From positions 1-33,922 of the forward strand of contig JBCCQY010000101.1 in NCBI GenBank assembly GCA_039208735.1: a DNA stretch of 33,922 bases, written 5' to 3'. The notes beneath the pieces are model-generated. The model worked only from the letters and a program-made list of their open reading frames with translations. It had not been told where the DNA came from and ran no database searches. The position numbers and the translations under genes were made by a program. The first letter of the stretch is position 1. Every line of letters begins with the position of its first letter. Source of the DNA: Myxococcota bacterium (lineage in GTDB: Bacteria > Myxococcota_A > UBA796 > GCA-2862545). Positions 9,136-18,024 of this stretch are shown in pieces.

Positions 9136-10587
9136 ATGGACGCGACGTCGCTGCTCGAAGGATTGGCGCAAGGAACCACAACCAGTGCTCGGTTGCTCGA
9201 CGAGCACATCGCCCGAATGGAGGCTCGAAACACAAGTCTCAACGCGATCGTCGCGACCAACCTCGAAGCCGCCCGTGCCCGCGCCGCGGAGGCGGATGCG
9301 GCTCGCGCGGAGGGAACATTGTGGGGGCCCCTCCACGGCTTGCCCATGACCATCAAGGACAGCTTCGAGGTCGTCGGAATGCCGGCCACCTCCGGCGCCA
9401 AGGCGCTGGCCCACCATGTGCCGGATCAGAACGCAGACGCCGTGGAGCGCCTCATCCGCGCCGGGGCCATCGTCTATGGCAAGACCAATCTCCCGGTCTA
9501 CGCTGGGGAATGGCAAAGTTTCAACCCAGTCTATGGGGTCACCTCCAACCCATGGGACATCTCCCGAACGCCCGGTGGGTCCTCGGGCGGCGGAGCTGCG
9601 AGCGTCGCCGCCGACTTTTCACCCCTCGAACTGGGAAGTGACGTCGGGGGGTCGATTCGCATTCCCGCCCACTTCTGCGGCGTCTTCGGGCACAAGCCGA
9701 CACACGGGCTCATTCCCCTCCGGGGTCACATTCCGGGGCCTCCCGGGTCGTTGTCCGAACCGGACCTCGCGGTGGCCGGCCCCCTCGCCCGATCCGCTCG
9801 CGATCTCGCGCTGATGCTCGACATCCTGGTCGGACCGGCGACGACCGAAACCGCCTGGCACCTCGATCTACCGGCTCCCAAAGCCCGCGCATTGGGTGAA
9901 TTCCGGGTGGGCCTCTGGACGTCAGACCCTGCCTGTCCGCTCGAAAGCGACGTATTGAGCGTGCTCGAGCCCGCGTTGGACCAACTGACCGATGCGGGGA
10001 TGCAAGGGAAGCGAGGTGCGCCCGCGGAGTTGGACCTTGCCACCATCAGCAAGCTCTACGTCAAGCAGCTGGCCCCGCTCATGGCCACGGGACTCCCCGA
10101 CCGGGTGTTCAATCGCTTGGGCACGATGCGTCAGGTCTTAAAGGTCACCTCCCTCTTCCGTGCTCCCCCCTCCCCGTTGCTGCCGATCTACCTCGAAGGG
10201 GCCATCCAACCGCACCGCTCGTGGCTCCGCCTCAAGGAGTTTCGAGCCAAGCTGCAGGCTCGAATGGCTCGCTGGTTCGAAACGTACGACGTCCTGTTGA
10301 CGCCGGTGGCGCCGTGGGCGGCCTTTCCCCACGCGCACGACGGCAACGTGATCACGCGCACCATTCAAGTGCCAAGCGGGCAACGCCCCTACGTGGACCA
10401 CCTCTACTGGATCGGACTGGCGACCGCCCTTGGCCTTCCCGCCACCTCCGTGCCCGTCGGCCGCACCGACGACGGACTGCCCGTCAGCGTTCAGGTCATC
10501 GGGCCGCGCTTTGGGGATCACACCTGCCTTGCGTTTGCCGCGGAAGTCGAAAGAGTGCTGGGAGGCTTTGTCGCTCCCCCCGCCTGA
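9136..10587 (+). CDS. Amidase signature family enzyme
   Basis: GPLHGLPMTIKD, GKTN, TPGGSSGG and LGSDVGGSIRIPA, which are the Ser-cisSer-Lys triad motifs. Confidence 0.95.
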   Translation: MDATSLLEGLAQGTTTSARLLDEHIARMEARNTSLNAIVATNLEAARARAAEADAARAEGTLWGPLHGLPMTIKDSFEVVGMPATSGAKALAHHVPDQNADAVERLIRAGAIVYGKTNLPVYAGEWQSFNPVYGVTSNPWDISRTPGGSSGGGAASVAADFSPLELGSDVGGSIRIPAHFCGVFGHKPTHGLIPLRGHIPGPPGSLSEPDLAVAGPLARSARDLALMLDILVGPATTETAWHLDLPAPKARALGEFRVGLWTSDPACPLESDVLSVLEPALDQLTDAGMQGKRGAPAELDLATISKLYVKQLAPLMATGLPDRVFNRLGTMRQVLKVTSLFRAPPSPLLPIYLEGAIQPHRSWLRLKEFRAKLQARMARWFETYDVLLTPVAPWAAFPHAHDGNVITRTIQVPSGQRPYVDHLYWIGLATALGLPATSVPVGRTDDGLPVSVQVIGPRFGDHTCLAFAAEVERVLGGFVAPPA

Positions 10588-10661
10588 GGACTCCGTTCAC
10601 GGAGTGAAAACCGCGCTCCACGAAGCATGCGCTATCCAGTTGGGACCTGCATCCCAGGGCA

Positions 10662-13382
10662 GTGCCGATGCGACCGGATACCGAAGCCCACCTCTGTCGA
10701 GCCCTCCTTTACCGGCATGTGATGCGCTCGATCGCGCGTCACTTCGTGGCCCGCGACCCTGAGCACGACTACCTGCTGAACCTGTCGATGTACGTGGCAT
10801 TTCACGTGGGAATCGCGACGTTCTACCCCGAGCGTGCCGACACCACCCTCGTCATCAAGATGCTCGCGTCGCGGGTTCGTGCGCTCAAGCCGCCCAACGT
10901 GACGGGACGCCATGCGCAACGCATCCGCGACCTCGCCCTCATCGCCGACCTCGCAAGTCGCGATGCACCGTCGCTGACGCAGCTCGAACCGTTTCTCCGT
11001 CGAGACCCGATGGCGGAACGTGAGCGCGTCCTCGCCCTCAACAGTCCGGCCTTCGACCCGTCGAATCGCAAGATCTTAGCGAGCTCTGCCGTGTGGCTGG
11101 GGCGCGCACGCAGCGAGACGGCCTACTTTTGGCCCATCGTGCGGCAACGCTACCTCGAAGACGCGAGCCGGCGGGTGTGGGTGGAATGGTTCGAGTCTCG
11201 CATTCATGGCTGGCCCCGACTCAAGCCATGGGAAGAGGAGTGGGCAAGCCTATCGGTCGAACAGTGGCACCAGAATCCGCCCACGCTAAACCACACCTTG
11301 ATGAGCATCCGGGAGGGCTACCAGACGGGCCACCCGCCGCGCATGGTGTCACCGGTGCGCTCGTTCCGCCGCGCCCGAGCCATCTTCCTCGGGCATGGAG
11401 GGGCCGGCAAGACCTCGCTCATCAATGTGCTGAATGGTGAAGCGCCGTTGCCGGAACACCTCGTGACGCGAGGCGTCGAGCAACAGGACTTTTCCTATGT
11501 GAGCGGCCAGCTCTCGCGCATTCACGACGAAGCAGATGCCGTAGCGCGAGTCTACGACGACCCCCGGACAGGCATCGGCATTCACTTCTGGGACTTCGGT
11601 GGCCAGGTGATGGCTCACGGCACGCACCGGTTCTTTCTGCGTGCCTCGTGCGTCTATGTGATCGTGCTGGATGGACGGCATGCGGATCGGGCCAACTCCG
11701 AAGCCGCTTACTGGCTCGACTACGTGCGGGCCTTTGCCTCCGAGACAACGCCGGTCATCGTGGTCGGCAACAAATCCGACATTCAGCATGTCTCGATCGA
11801 TCTAGCCAGTCTGCAACGTCGATATCCCAACGTGGTCGACTACGTGGCATTGTCGTGCCGCGAGGCCCATGCCCATCCCGAGGGACGTTGGGGACAAGCA
11901 CTTGAGCTGTTCCGCTCCGTGTTTCTCGAACAGGTCGAGCGGCTCGCGTCCCGGGTCACCTTGCCTCGAGCCCATTTCGAGACGTTGTTGGATGTTCAGC
12001 GAGCCGCGCGATCCGCGGACTTCATCACCGACCGGGCCTATCAGAAGATCTGTGAGCAACGTGGCGTCCACGTCGACGAACGGGGCCCCCTTCTCGCCCT
12101 ACTCGACCAACTCGGGGTCGCCCTCACCTTTCCGCAGATGCCGTTTCTGCGGGACTACGTGCTCAACCCGCGCTGGCTAACCTACGGGGTCTACACGATC
12201 CTGTACGATGAAGCCACCAAACAACGAGGTGGCCGGCTTACGGAAATCCAAGCCGCGGAACTACTGCTCCGGGCCGAGATCGAAGACCGCGGGCGACGCC
12301 TTCGCTATCCGCCCGAACGAGCCCACCATGTCATCGATGCGATGGAAGCCTTCCAAACGGCGTACCGGCTCTCGGACCGCTCGATCGTGATTCCAAGCCT
12401 GCTCCCGTTGGAGCAACCACGTCATCCCTTTGATTTCCGCAATGTTCTGGCGTTTCGTTTCCAGTTTGAAGGCCTACTTCCACCGCAACTCTTGCCGAGC
12501 CTCATCGTGAATCGCCATCGAGAGATTGCAGCATTGGGTACTGCAGTCTGGCGAAATGGCGTCATCCTCGCCCCCCGGGGTGGGCTCGATGCCCAAGCCT
12601 TTGTCGAGGCCGATTCGCGCCTGTCCCGGCTTGAAGTATCGGTAGGTGGGCAAGATGCTTCGACGTACCTCGGGATTCTTCGCGATGACGTTCGACGGGT
12701 CCTCGAAGGCATGCCCGACCTGCCCGTTCGCCAGGAACTGCGCCTGGGCCCCGATGTCGCCATGTTGGACCCTGGAGAAACACCGCCTCGTGAGCCCGTC
12801 TGGGTGGTCTACGACGGTCTTCGTACGGCAAAGCGGAAAGGGGCCAAGACGATCATCCACGGCGACCACATCTACTCGGTCAACCGTGCGCTGCAGGTGG
12901 CCCCATCCCTCACGCAGGTTCGTCCTACCGACGTGTTCTTGTCCTATTCGGGCACCGACCGACCCCACGCCGCGGAACTGGCCACGGCTCTTGAACTGGC
13001 TGGAATCAGCGTGTGGTGGGATCAGCAGCTGCGCGCCCACCACTTCTACCGAAATGTGATTGGCAAACGCATTCGCATGGCCAAGGCGGTCATCGTGCTG
13101 TGGTCGCGCTCCGGAGCCAGTGAGTTTGTGTGCGCGGAAGCAAACCTGGCCGGGCCCAAGCTGATCGGCCTCCTGGGTCCGGGTGCGGTCGTCGAAGATG
13201 TCCCGCTTCCCTTCAACGAGCGCCACGTGAGCCGCTACGACGATGTGGGCGCCTTGCGAAGCGCGCTCGAGGACTTTGGCGTGTACGGAGCGGACCGCCT
13301 GGTTCGTCACCGCGATCTCACCGACGGCGATGAGACCCAACCCGGGCCCGTGCGTAAGAAGCGCCGCTGGGGCTCATTCTGA
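10662..13382 (+). CDS. Roco-family protein: non-LRR N-terminal domain, Roc GTPase, COR, TIR
   Basis: G1 GHGGAGKTS (11391), G2 TRGV, G3 FWDFGGQ..HGTHRFFL (11589), G4 VGNKSD, G5 LSC. COR motifs LDQLG, LNPRWLTYGVYTIL, IPSLLP, WRNGVIL. TIR motifs DVFLSYS, GISVWWD, AVIVLWS, SEFVCAE. Start codon uncertain (no clear SD). Confidence 0.9.
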   Translation: MPMRPDTEAHLCRALLYRHVMRSIARHFVARDPEHDYLLNLSMYVAFHVGIATFYPERADTTLVIKMLASRVRALKPPNVTGRHAQRIRDLALIADLASRDAPSLTQLEPFLRRDPMAERERVLALNSPAFDPSNRKILASSAVWLGRARSETAYFWPIVRQRYLEDASRRVWVEWFESRIHGWPRLKPWEEEWASLSVEQWHQNPPTLNHTLMSIREGYQTGHPPRMVSPVRSFRRARAIFLGHGGAGKTSLINVLNGEAPLPEHLVTRGVEQQDFSYVSGQLSRIHDEADAVARVYDDPRTGIGIHFWDFGGQVMAHGTHRFFLRASCVYVIVLDGRHADRANSEAAYWLDYVRAFASETTPVIVVGNKSDIQHVSIDLASLQRRYPNVVDYVALSCREAHAHPEGRWGQALELFRSVFLEQVERLASRVTLPRAHFETLLDVQRAARSADFITDRAYQKICEQRGVHVDERGPLLALLDQLGVALTFPQMPFLRDYVLNPRWLTYGVYTILYDEATKQRGGRLTEIQAAELLLRAEIEDRGRRLRYPPERAHHVIDAMEAFQTAYRLSDRSIVIPSLLPLEQPRHPFDFRNVLAFRFQFEGLLPPQLLPSLIVNRHREIAALGTAVWRNGVILAPRGGLDAQAFVEADSRLSRLEVSVGGQDASTYLGILRDDVRRVLEGMPDLPVRQELRLGPDVAMLDPGETPPREPVWVVYDGLRTAKRKGAKTIIHGDHIYSVNRALQVAPSLTQVRPTDVFLSYSGTDRPHAAELATALELAGISVWWDQQLRAHHFYRNVIGKRIRMAKAVIVLWSRSGASEFVCAEANLAGPKLIGLLGPGAVVEDVPLPFNERHVSRYDDVGALRSALEDFGVYGADRLVRHRDLTDGDETQPGPVRKKRRWGSF

Positions 13383-13985
13383 GGCGCGGTGGACCCCCAA
13401 CCCCCGCAAGATCGTGTGGACGACGCCGTCCGTCACGTCCTTGGGGTCGCTCGCTAAGTTGCCGTCGACAATGAGGTGTGCGAGGCCGTGCATGGCCGCC
13501 CAGGCGGGAAGAGCGGCCGTCTCAGGTTCGAGGTCGACGCCAAGTCGATCGCGAATGTCGGAAAGCGAGTCGAGCAGAAGTTCGTACGGATTTCGGCCCT
13601 GCGCGCCTACTCCCTCAGTCTTGATGCGCTCCGCCGCCCGCGGTCCGAACGCCGTGCGAAACAGCGCCGGCTCATCGATCGCGAATTGCACATACGCACG
13701 TCCGGTCGCCACGAAGCGTTCAACAGGGTCGTCCGACTCCGCCATTCCCGTTTCCATACGTCGTGCAAGTTCAGCAAACGCGCTCGACGCCACCGCCGCG
13801 AGCAGGGCGTCCTTGTTGGCGAAGTGCCGATACGCGGCCGCTGCATCAACCCCCACGGCTCGAGCCGCAGCCCGCAGGCTGAACTTCGCATGGCCTGCGG
13901 AGCGCACCATCGCAAAGGCCTCCTCCACCAGCGCACGCTTGAGGTCGCCGTGGTGATAGCGATCCCGTGTTGGACGGTCGCTCAA
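13374..13985 (-). CDS. TetR-family regulator with WHG-type C-terminal domain
   Basis: RYHHGDLKRALV, FSLRAAARAVGVDAAAAYRHF, AWAAMHGLAHL. TTG start at 13985 behind GGAGG/GAGG. Confidence 0.9.
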   Translation of the reverse strand: MSDRPTRDRYHHGDLKRALVEEAFAMVRSAGHAKFSLRAAARAVGVDAAAAYRHFANKDALLAAVASSAFAELARRMETGMAESDDPVERFVATGRAYVQFAIDEPALFRTAFGPRAAERIKTEGVGAQGRNPYELLLDSLSDIRDRLGVDLEPETAALPAWAAMHGLAHLIVDGNLASDPKDVTDGVVHTILRGLGVHRASE

Positions 13986-14084
13986 TCCTCGCCCTCCAAA
14001 CCACCGCCTATCGGAAGCAGCGACGATGTCACACCGACGCGCTACTTGGTGCATTGGTCACGAAATGTCATGACCCGAGCGGAT

Positions 14085-14106
14085 TTCTGGACCCGAAGTT
14101 CCAGAA
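14085..14106. promoter_or_regulatory. Putative TetR operator TTCTGGA-N8-TCCAGAA
   Basis: Perfect 7-bp inverted repeat ending 27 bp upstream of the + strand tetR start. Confidence 0.6.
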
Positions 14107-14133
14107 GCAGGGCAGGCACCCGCGGAGGCAGCA

Positions 14134-14718
14134 TTGGCACGACGCCGTGAATTCGATGAAGACGAGGTCATCGACCGAGCGATGGAGGCTTTTTGGGCCA
14201 GCGGATTCCGAGCGACCTCTCCGCAGCGTCTCCTCGAAGCCACCGGGCTGTCGCGCAGCAGCTTGTATGCGACGTTTGAAAGCAAGGAGGGTCTGTTCCG
14301 TGCCGCGCTCGACCGCTACCTTCAGAGTAGCGTACGCCGAACCCGCAAAGCGCTTGCCGAGGGCACCCTACGGGAGGGCCTCGAGCGCATGTACGACGGC
14401 ATGATCACGCACCTGACGACGACGGCTGACTACCGGAGCTGCCTCATGTGCACGACCGCCCTGGAAGTGCCCGACAGCGAGCGCAGCGAGGAGGGCAGCC
14501 GCATTCTACGGGACGGCCAGCGCGCGCTTCGAGGGGTCTTCGAGGAACGGTTCTCCCGAGCCAAGGCCGAAGGTCAGCTCCGCGACGATGCCGATCCTGC
14601 CGAACTGGCCTGGTTTATCTTCAACGCGAACGTGGGCCTTCAGGTGTCGGCTCGGTTGGAGCGCAATCCGCAGAAGCTTCGGCGGGTGGCCCAACGGGTG
14701 ATCGACACGATTTGCTGA
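14134..14718 (+). CDS. TetR-family regulator (NemR/ComR-like)
   Basis: GCGGAGG SD and TTG start. MARRREFDEDEVIDRAMEAFW..GF.ATS...TGLSRSSLYATFESKEGLF. Confidence 0.92.
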   Translation: MARRREFDEDEVIDRAMEAFWASGFRATSPQRLLEATGLSRSSLYATFESKEGLFRAALDRYLQSSVRRTRKALAEGTLREGLERMYDGMITHLTTTADYRSCLMCTTALEVPDSERSEEGSRILRDGQRALRGVFEERFSRAKAEGQLRDDADPAELAWFIFNANVGLQVSARLERNPQKLRRVAQRVIDTIC

Positions 14719-15985
14719 CGGGACCTTCGATGCACACCTGCAGGCCTCCCTGGAGCGCGCGCTCGTAGGTGATGGACCAGCCGGCCCGACGGGCGACCTC
14801 ATTGGTGATCGCAATCCCCAGGCCTGCACTGCGAGGGCGGGCCTCATCATCGGCGAACGTGCGTTTGGCAAGGTCGGCGCACGCCACGGGACTCAGGCCT
14901 TCACCATCGTCGATGACCTGAAGCGTAAAGCGTTCAGCATCGGCCTTGAGCAACACTGCGACGTGCCTGCCTCCGTGGACCACGGCGTTCTGCACGAGAT
15001 TGCCGATGGCACGCTCCACAAGGTCAGGCGAACATTGGACGAGGACCGGCGACTCCGGACGGGCGGCGCCAACCTCCACATCCTCCACGCGACCGATGGC
15101 CGCAAAACGGACCTCAAGCCGGGACACCACCTCGCAGAGGTCGGTACGACCTTCGAGCGGGTCGAGCCCGTGGCGCAAACGCGTAGCGTTGTGTAGGTTT
15201 TCGACGAGTCCACTTACGTACGTCGCGTCCTGAAACGCTCGACGAATGGGCGTGTGCGCGGTTGGCGCCGCCACCTCGACCTCCTGAAGCGCCAGGAGCA
15301 ACGAAGACAACGGAACACGAAGGTCGTGGGCGAGTTCCGCCATGTAGCGCTCCAACGCTTCGTGGCGCCGGACCAGCTCCGCGCGGTCCGACAGGATGCG
15401 ATCATGCGAGGCGTCGAGCACTTCGGCGATGTCGGAGAGCGCATCCCCCACTCGGTCGTTCTCCGAGCGGTACCCGCTTCCTCCCACGCCGACCGCCGCG
15501 CTCCGAATGCGATCGATTCGCCGAAGGAGCGGCGTCACCGTGAAGGCATTGGTGGCCAGCGCCACGGCAAGGACCGCGATGAACGCTCCCACCGCCAATC
15601 CCAAGGGGACCAGCGTGACCAATCGGTTGGGAGGCTGCAGCCGTAGGGCTACGTAGGCGCAAGGGCCCGCTTCGGCATAGCGAGTGATCAAAAATCGACC
15701 AGATAGGTCATCCAAACTACGCGACTCGCCCACCTGGAGTTGCAGACCGGGGGCAATGTCATGGAGACGCTCCACCGCTTGGACCCGGGTCCGCCCCACA
15801 TGCAGTTCCCGCCACACTTCGGGAGCGGCCCGGCATGCAGCATGGGCCTGGGCGCTGAAGGTGCGTGGCTGCCAATCTACCGGCGTCGTGATGATGCGTA
15901 CCGTCGCCACAACGACAAAGAACGCCATCGTTGCGACAAACACGGCCCCCACCAAGATGCGCGTGCGAAACGCCGAGAGTTTCAC
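14621..15985 (-). CDS. Membrane sensor histidine kinase (2 TM, HAMP-like, HisKA, HATPase)
   Basis: H-box LAHDLRVPL, N-box NLVQNA, G1 DDGEG, G2 GLGIAI. The GTG start overlaps the response regulator stop (GTGA). Confidence 0.9.
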   Translation of the reverse strand: MKLSAFRTRILVGAVFVATMAFFVVVATVRIITTPVDWQPRTFSAQAHAACRAAPEVWRELHVGRTRVQAVERLHDIAPGLQLQVGESRSLDDLSGRFLITRYAEAGPCAYVALRLQPPNRLVTLVPLGLAVGAFIAVLAVALATNAFTVTPLLRRIDRIRSAAVGVGGSGYRSENDRVGDALSDIAEVLDASHDRILSDRAELVRRHEALERYMAELAHDLRVPLSSLLLALQEVEVAAPTAHTPIRRAFQDATYVSGLVENLHNATRLRHGLDPLEGRTDLCEVVSRLEVRFAAIGRVEDVEVGAARPESPVLVQCSPDLVERAIGNLVQNAVVHGGRHVAVLLKADAERFTLQVIDDGEGLSPVACADLAKRTFADDEARPRSAGLGIAITNEVARRAGWSITYERALQGGLQVCIEGPVSKSCRSPVGPPAEASADCAPTEPTPEGPRSR

Positions 15986-16668
15986 GGGTGCTCCGGCTCG
16001 AACCGGTACCCGATGCCCCATACGGTTCGGATGTGCGCCGCATCGGGCCCCAGCTTCTTGCGCACCCGTGAAAGATGGCTATCAACCGTCCGATCGACAC
16101 GTTCACCGTGGGTCCCTAGCACCTTCTCGGAGAGCTGTTCGCGCGTCACCGCGCGGTTGGGGCGCTCGACCAACCACGCGAGCACGTTGAACTCGTGGGC
16201 CGTCAGGTGCAGGTCGGCCTTGCCCCGGAACACGGTCCGAGCATCGAGATCGACGATGGTGGACCCAACACGGACCGTGCGATGAGGACCATCCTCCATC
16301 AGGGCAAGGCGGGTCTGGATGCGGGCGACCAGCTCCTCCATAAAGAACGGCTTGGCCACGTAGTCCACCGCCCCCGCGGCAAAGGAGTCGAGGCGAGCCT
16401 TCAGTTCCGTGCGGGCTGACAACACCACCACCGGAGTGGAGACCCGACCGCGGGTCGCTTCCAGCACGCTGAACCCCGATTGTTCAGGCAGCATCAGGTC
16501 GAGCACCACCAAGTCGAACTTCTCGTCGAGAACGCGACCTGTCGCCGTCGCCCCATCCATCGCCACGCTGACGTCGAAGCCCGCCCGTTTGAGGCCCGAG
16601 ATCAATCCCTGGACCACGTTGAGGTCGTCTTCGACGACAAGAATCCGAGGCTTCGCCTCACGGTACAT
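15982..16668 (-). CDS. OmpR/PhoB-family response regulator
   Basis: ILVVEDD, LDLMLP, DYVAKPF; winged helix RTVDSHLSRVRKKLG...IRTVWGIGYRF. CGGAGG SD before ATG 16668. Confidence 0.95.
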   Translation of the reverse strand: MYREAKPRILVVEDDLNVVQGLISGLKRAGFDVSVAMDGATATGRVLDEKFDLVVLDLMLPEQSGFSVLEATRGRVSTPVVVLSARTELKARLDSFAAGAVDYVAKPFFMEELVARIQTRLALMEDGPHRTVRVGSTIVDLDARTVFRGKADLHLTAHEFNVLAWLVERPNRAVTREQLSEKVLGTHGERVDRTVDSHLSRVRKKLGPDAAHIRTVWGIGYRFEPEHP

Positions 16669-16848
16669 GGAGAACCTCCGCAAGCAGGCGGGCAGTCGAC
16701 GGCAGAAGAAGCGCAACCAGTCCGAACACCGTCCCTCCACGTACCGAACGTCACCCGTAGATTTCGAGAAAGTGTTGAAGCAGCGCTCGCCCCCGTCTTT
16801 GCACGCTTCCTCAACATCTGGGACCTAGAAAAAAGGCAGGAGGAAGCC

Positions 16849-18024
16849 ATGGCGATCGCGTTCGACGTCTCCCCCGAGCCCTCAACCGAGGATCTCGCGG
16901 TCCTCGAGCCCCCTCATCTCCAGGTGGGCTGGTGGATCGGCGGAGGACTGTTCCTGCTCGCCTTCATGGTGGCGGCGGTGGTCTGGTCGAACGGCGATCG
17001 CGAGCACGGGTACGACACCGTGTCGCTCACCACGGGGTCGTTGACTCAACGCGTCACCGCCGTTGGCCAGCTCGAACCCGTACACCACGTCGAGGTGGGG
17101 TCGGACCTCAACGGCGAGGTGTTGGAGATTGGGGTCGAGGTCAACCACCCAGTCACCTCCGGGCAAATGCTGGCCCGACTCGATCCCGAACCCTTCGAAA
17201 ATGCTACCGCCCAGCGGCGCGCCCAGGCCCAGTCGAGCGCGGCCAGCCTTGAGAAGGCCGAGATCGACCTGAAACGCGCCGAAACGGCCCTCGGTCGGAC
17301 CGAGCGCCTGCAGGGTCGTGGCGCGGCAACTGAGGTGGAGCACGACAATGCTAGGCTCGATGTCGAGGTCGCACAAGCGTTGGTCCGCGTCGCCCAAGCC
17401 TCCCGCGATCAGGCTCGCGCGTCGCTCGCCCAGGCGGAACAAGATCTTCGGGACACCGTGATCGCCTCACCGATCGATGGGGTGGTAGTGCGCCGTCACG
17501 TCGAGGAAGGGCAGACCGTCGTGTCTGCTATGGCGGCCACCCCTCTCTTCGAGGTCGCTTCCGATCTCAACGCCCTCAAGGTGGTCGTCGAAGTCGATGA
17601 GGCCGATGTCGGACGGGTAAACGCGGGACAGACCGCCGAGTTCACGGTGACGGCATGGCCCGGCGAAACGTTCAACGCCACGGTCCGATCGGTGGACCTT
17701 GCCGCCGACGACCGTGCCACGGTCGTGGTCTACGGGACCGAATTGCGGGTGGCCAACGTGGATGGCCGACTCCGTCCCGGCATGACCGCCACCGCCCAGA
17801 TCCAGGTTGGTCAGATCGACGATGCCCTGCTCGTGCCCACGCAAGCCCTGCGGTTCCGGCCTGACCGACGCGACACGCCAACCGGCGACCACCTGTGGAC
17901 GCTCAACGACGGGCAGCTCACTCCGGTGCCCGTCCAAGTCGGGGGCTCGGACGGCTCGCTCACGGCGGTCTATGGGGACGACCTCGTCGAAGGCCTCTCC
18001 GTCGTCATCGGAGGCACACGATGA
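16849..18024 (+). CDS. Efflux periplasmic adaptor (MacA-like membrane fusion protein)
   Basis: CAGGAGG SD. N-terminal TM helix, lipoyl/hairpin motifs, IASPIDGVV, VDEADVG, LRPGMTA, LLVP. Confidence 0.92.
   Translation: MAIAFDVSPEPSTEDLAVLEPPHLQVGWWIGGGLFLLAFMVAAVVWSNGDREHGYDTVSLTTGSLTQRVTAVGQLEPVHHVEVGSDLNGEVLEIGVEVNHPVTSGQMLARLDPEPFENATAQRRAQAQSSAASLEKAEIDLKRAETALGRTERLQGRGAATEVEHDNARLDVEVAQALVRVAQASRDQARASLAQAEQDLRDTVIASPIDGVVVRRHVEEGQTVVSAMAATPLFEVASDLNALKVVVEVDEADVGRVNAGQTAEFTVTAWPGETFNATVRSVDLAADDRATVVVYGTELRVANVDGRLRPGMTATAQIQVGQIDDALLVPTQALRFRPDRRDTPTGDHLWTLNDGQLTPVPVQVGGSDGSLTAVYGDDLVEGLSVVIGGTR

Noticed and set aside
11391..11417. P-loop read as a STAND/NB-ARC (Avs-like) ATPase
   Set aside because: WDFGGQ, NKSD and the COR motifs identify a Roc GTPase, and there is no STAND Walker B/GxP pattern.
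10588..13400. Roco-TIR gene as a recent mobile insertion
   Set aside because: I saw no flanking direct or inverted repeats, tRNA, integrase or transposase, and only local patches look lower in GC. Horizontal origin is untested, not excluded.
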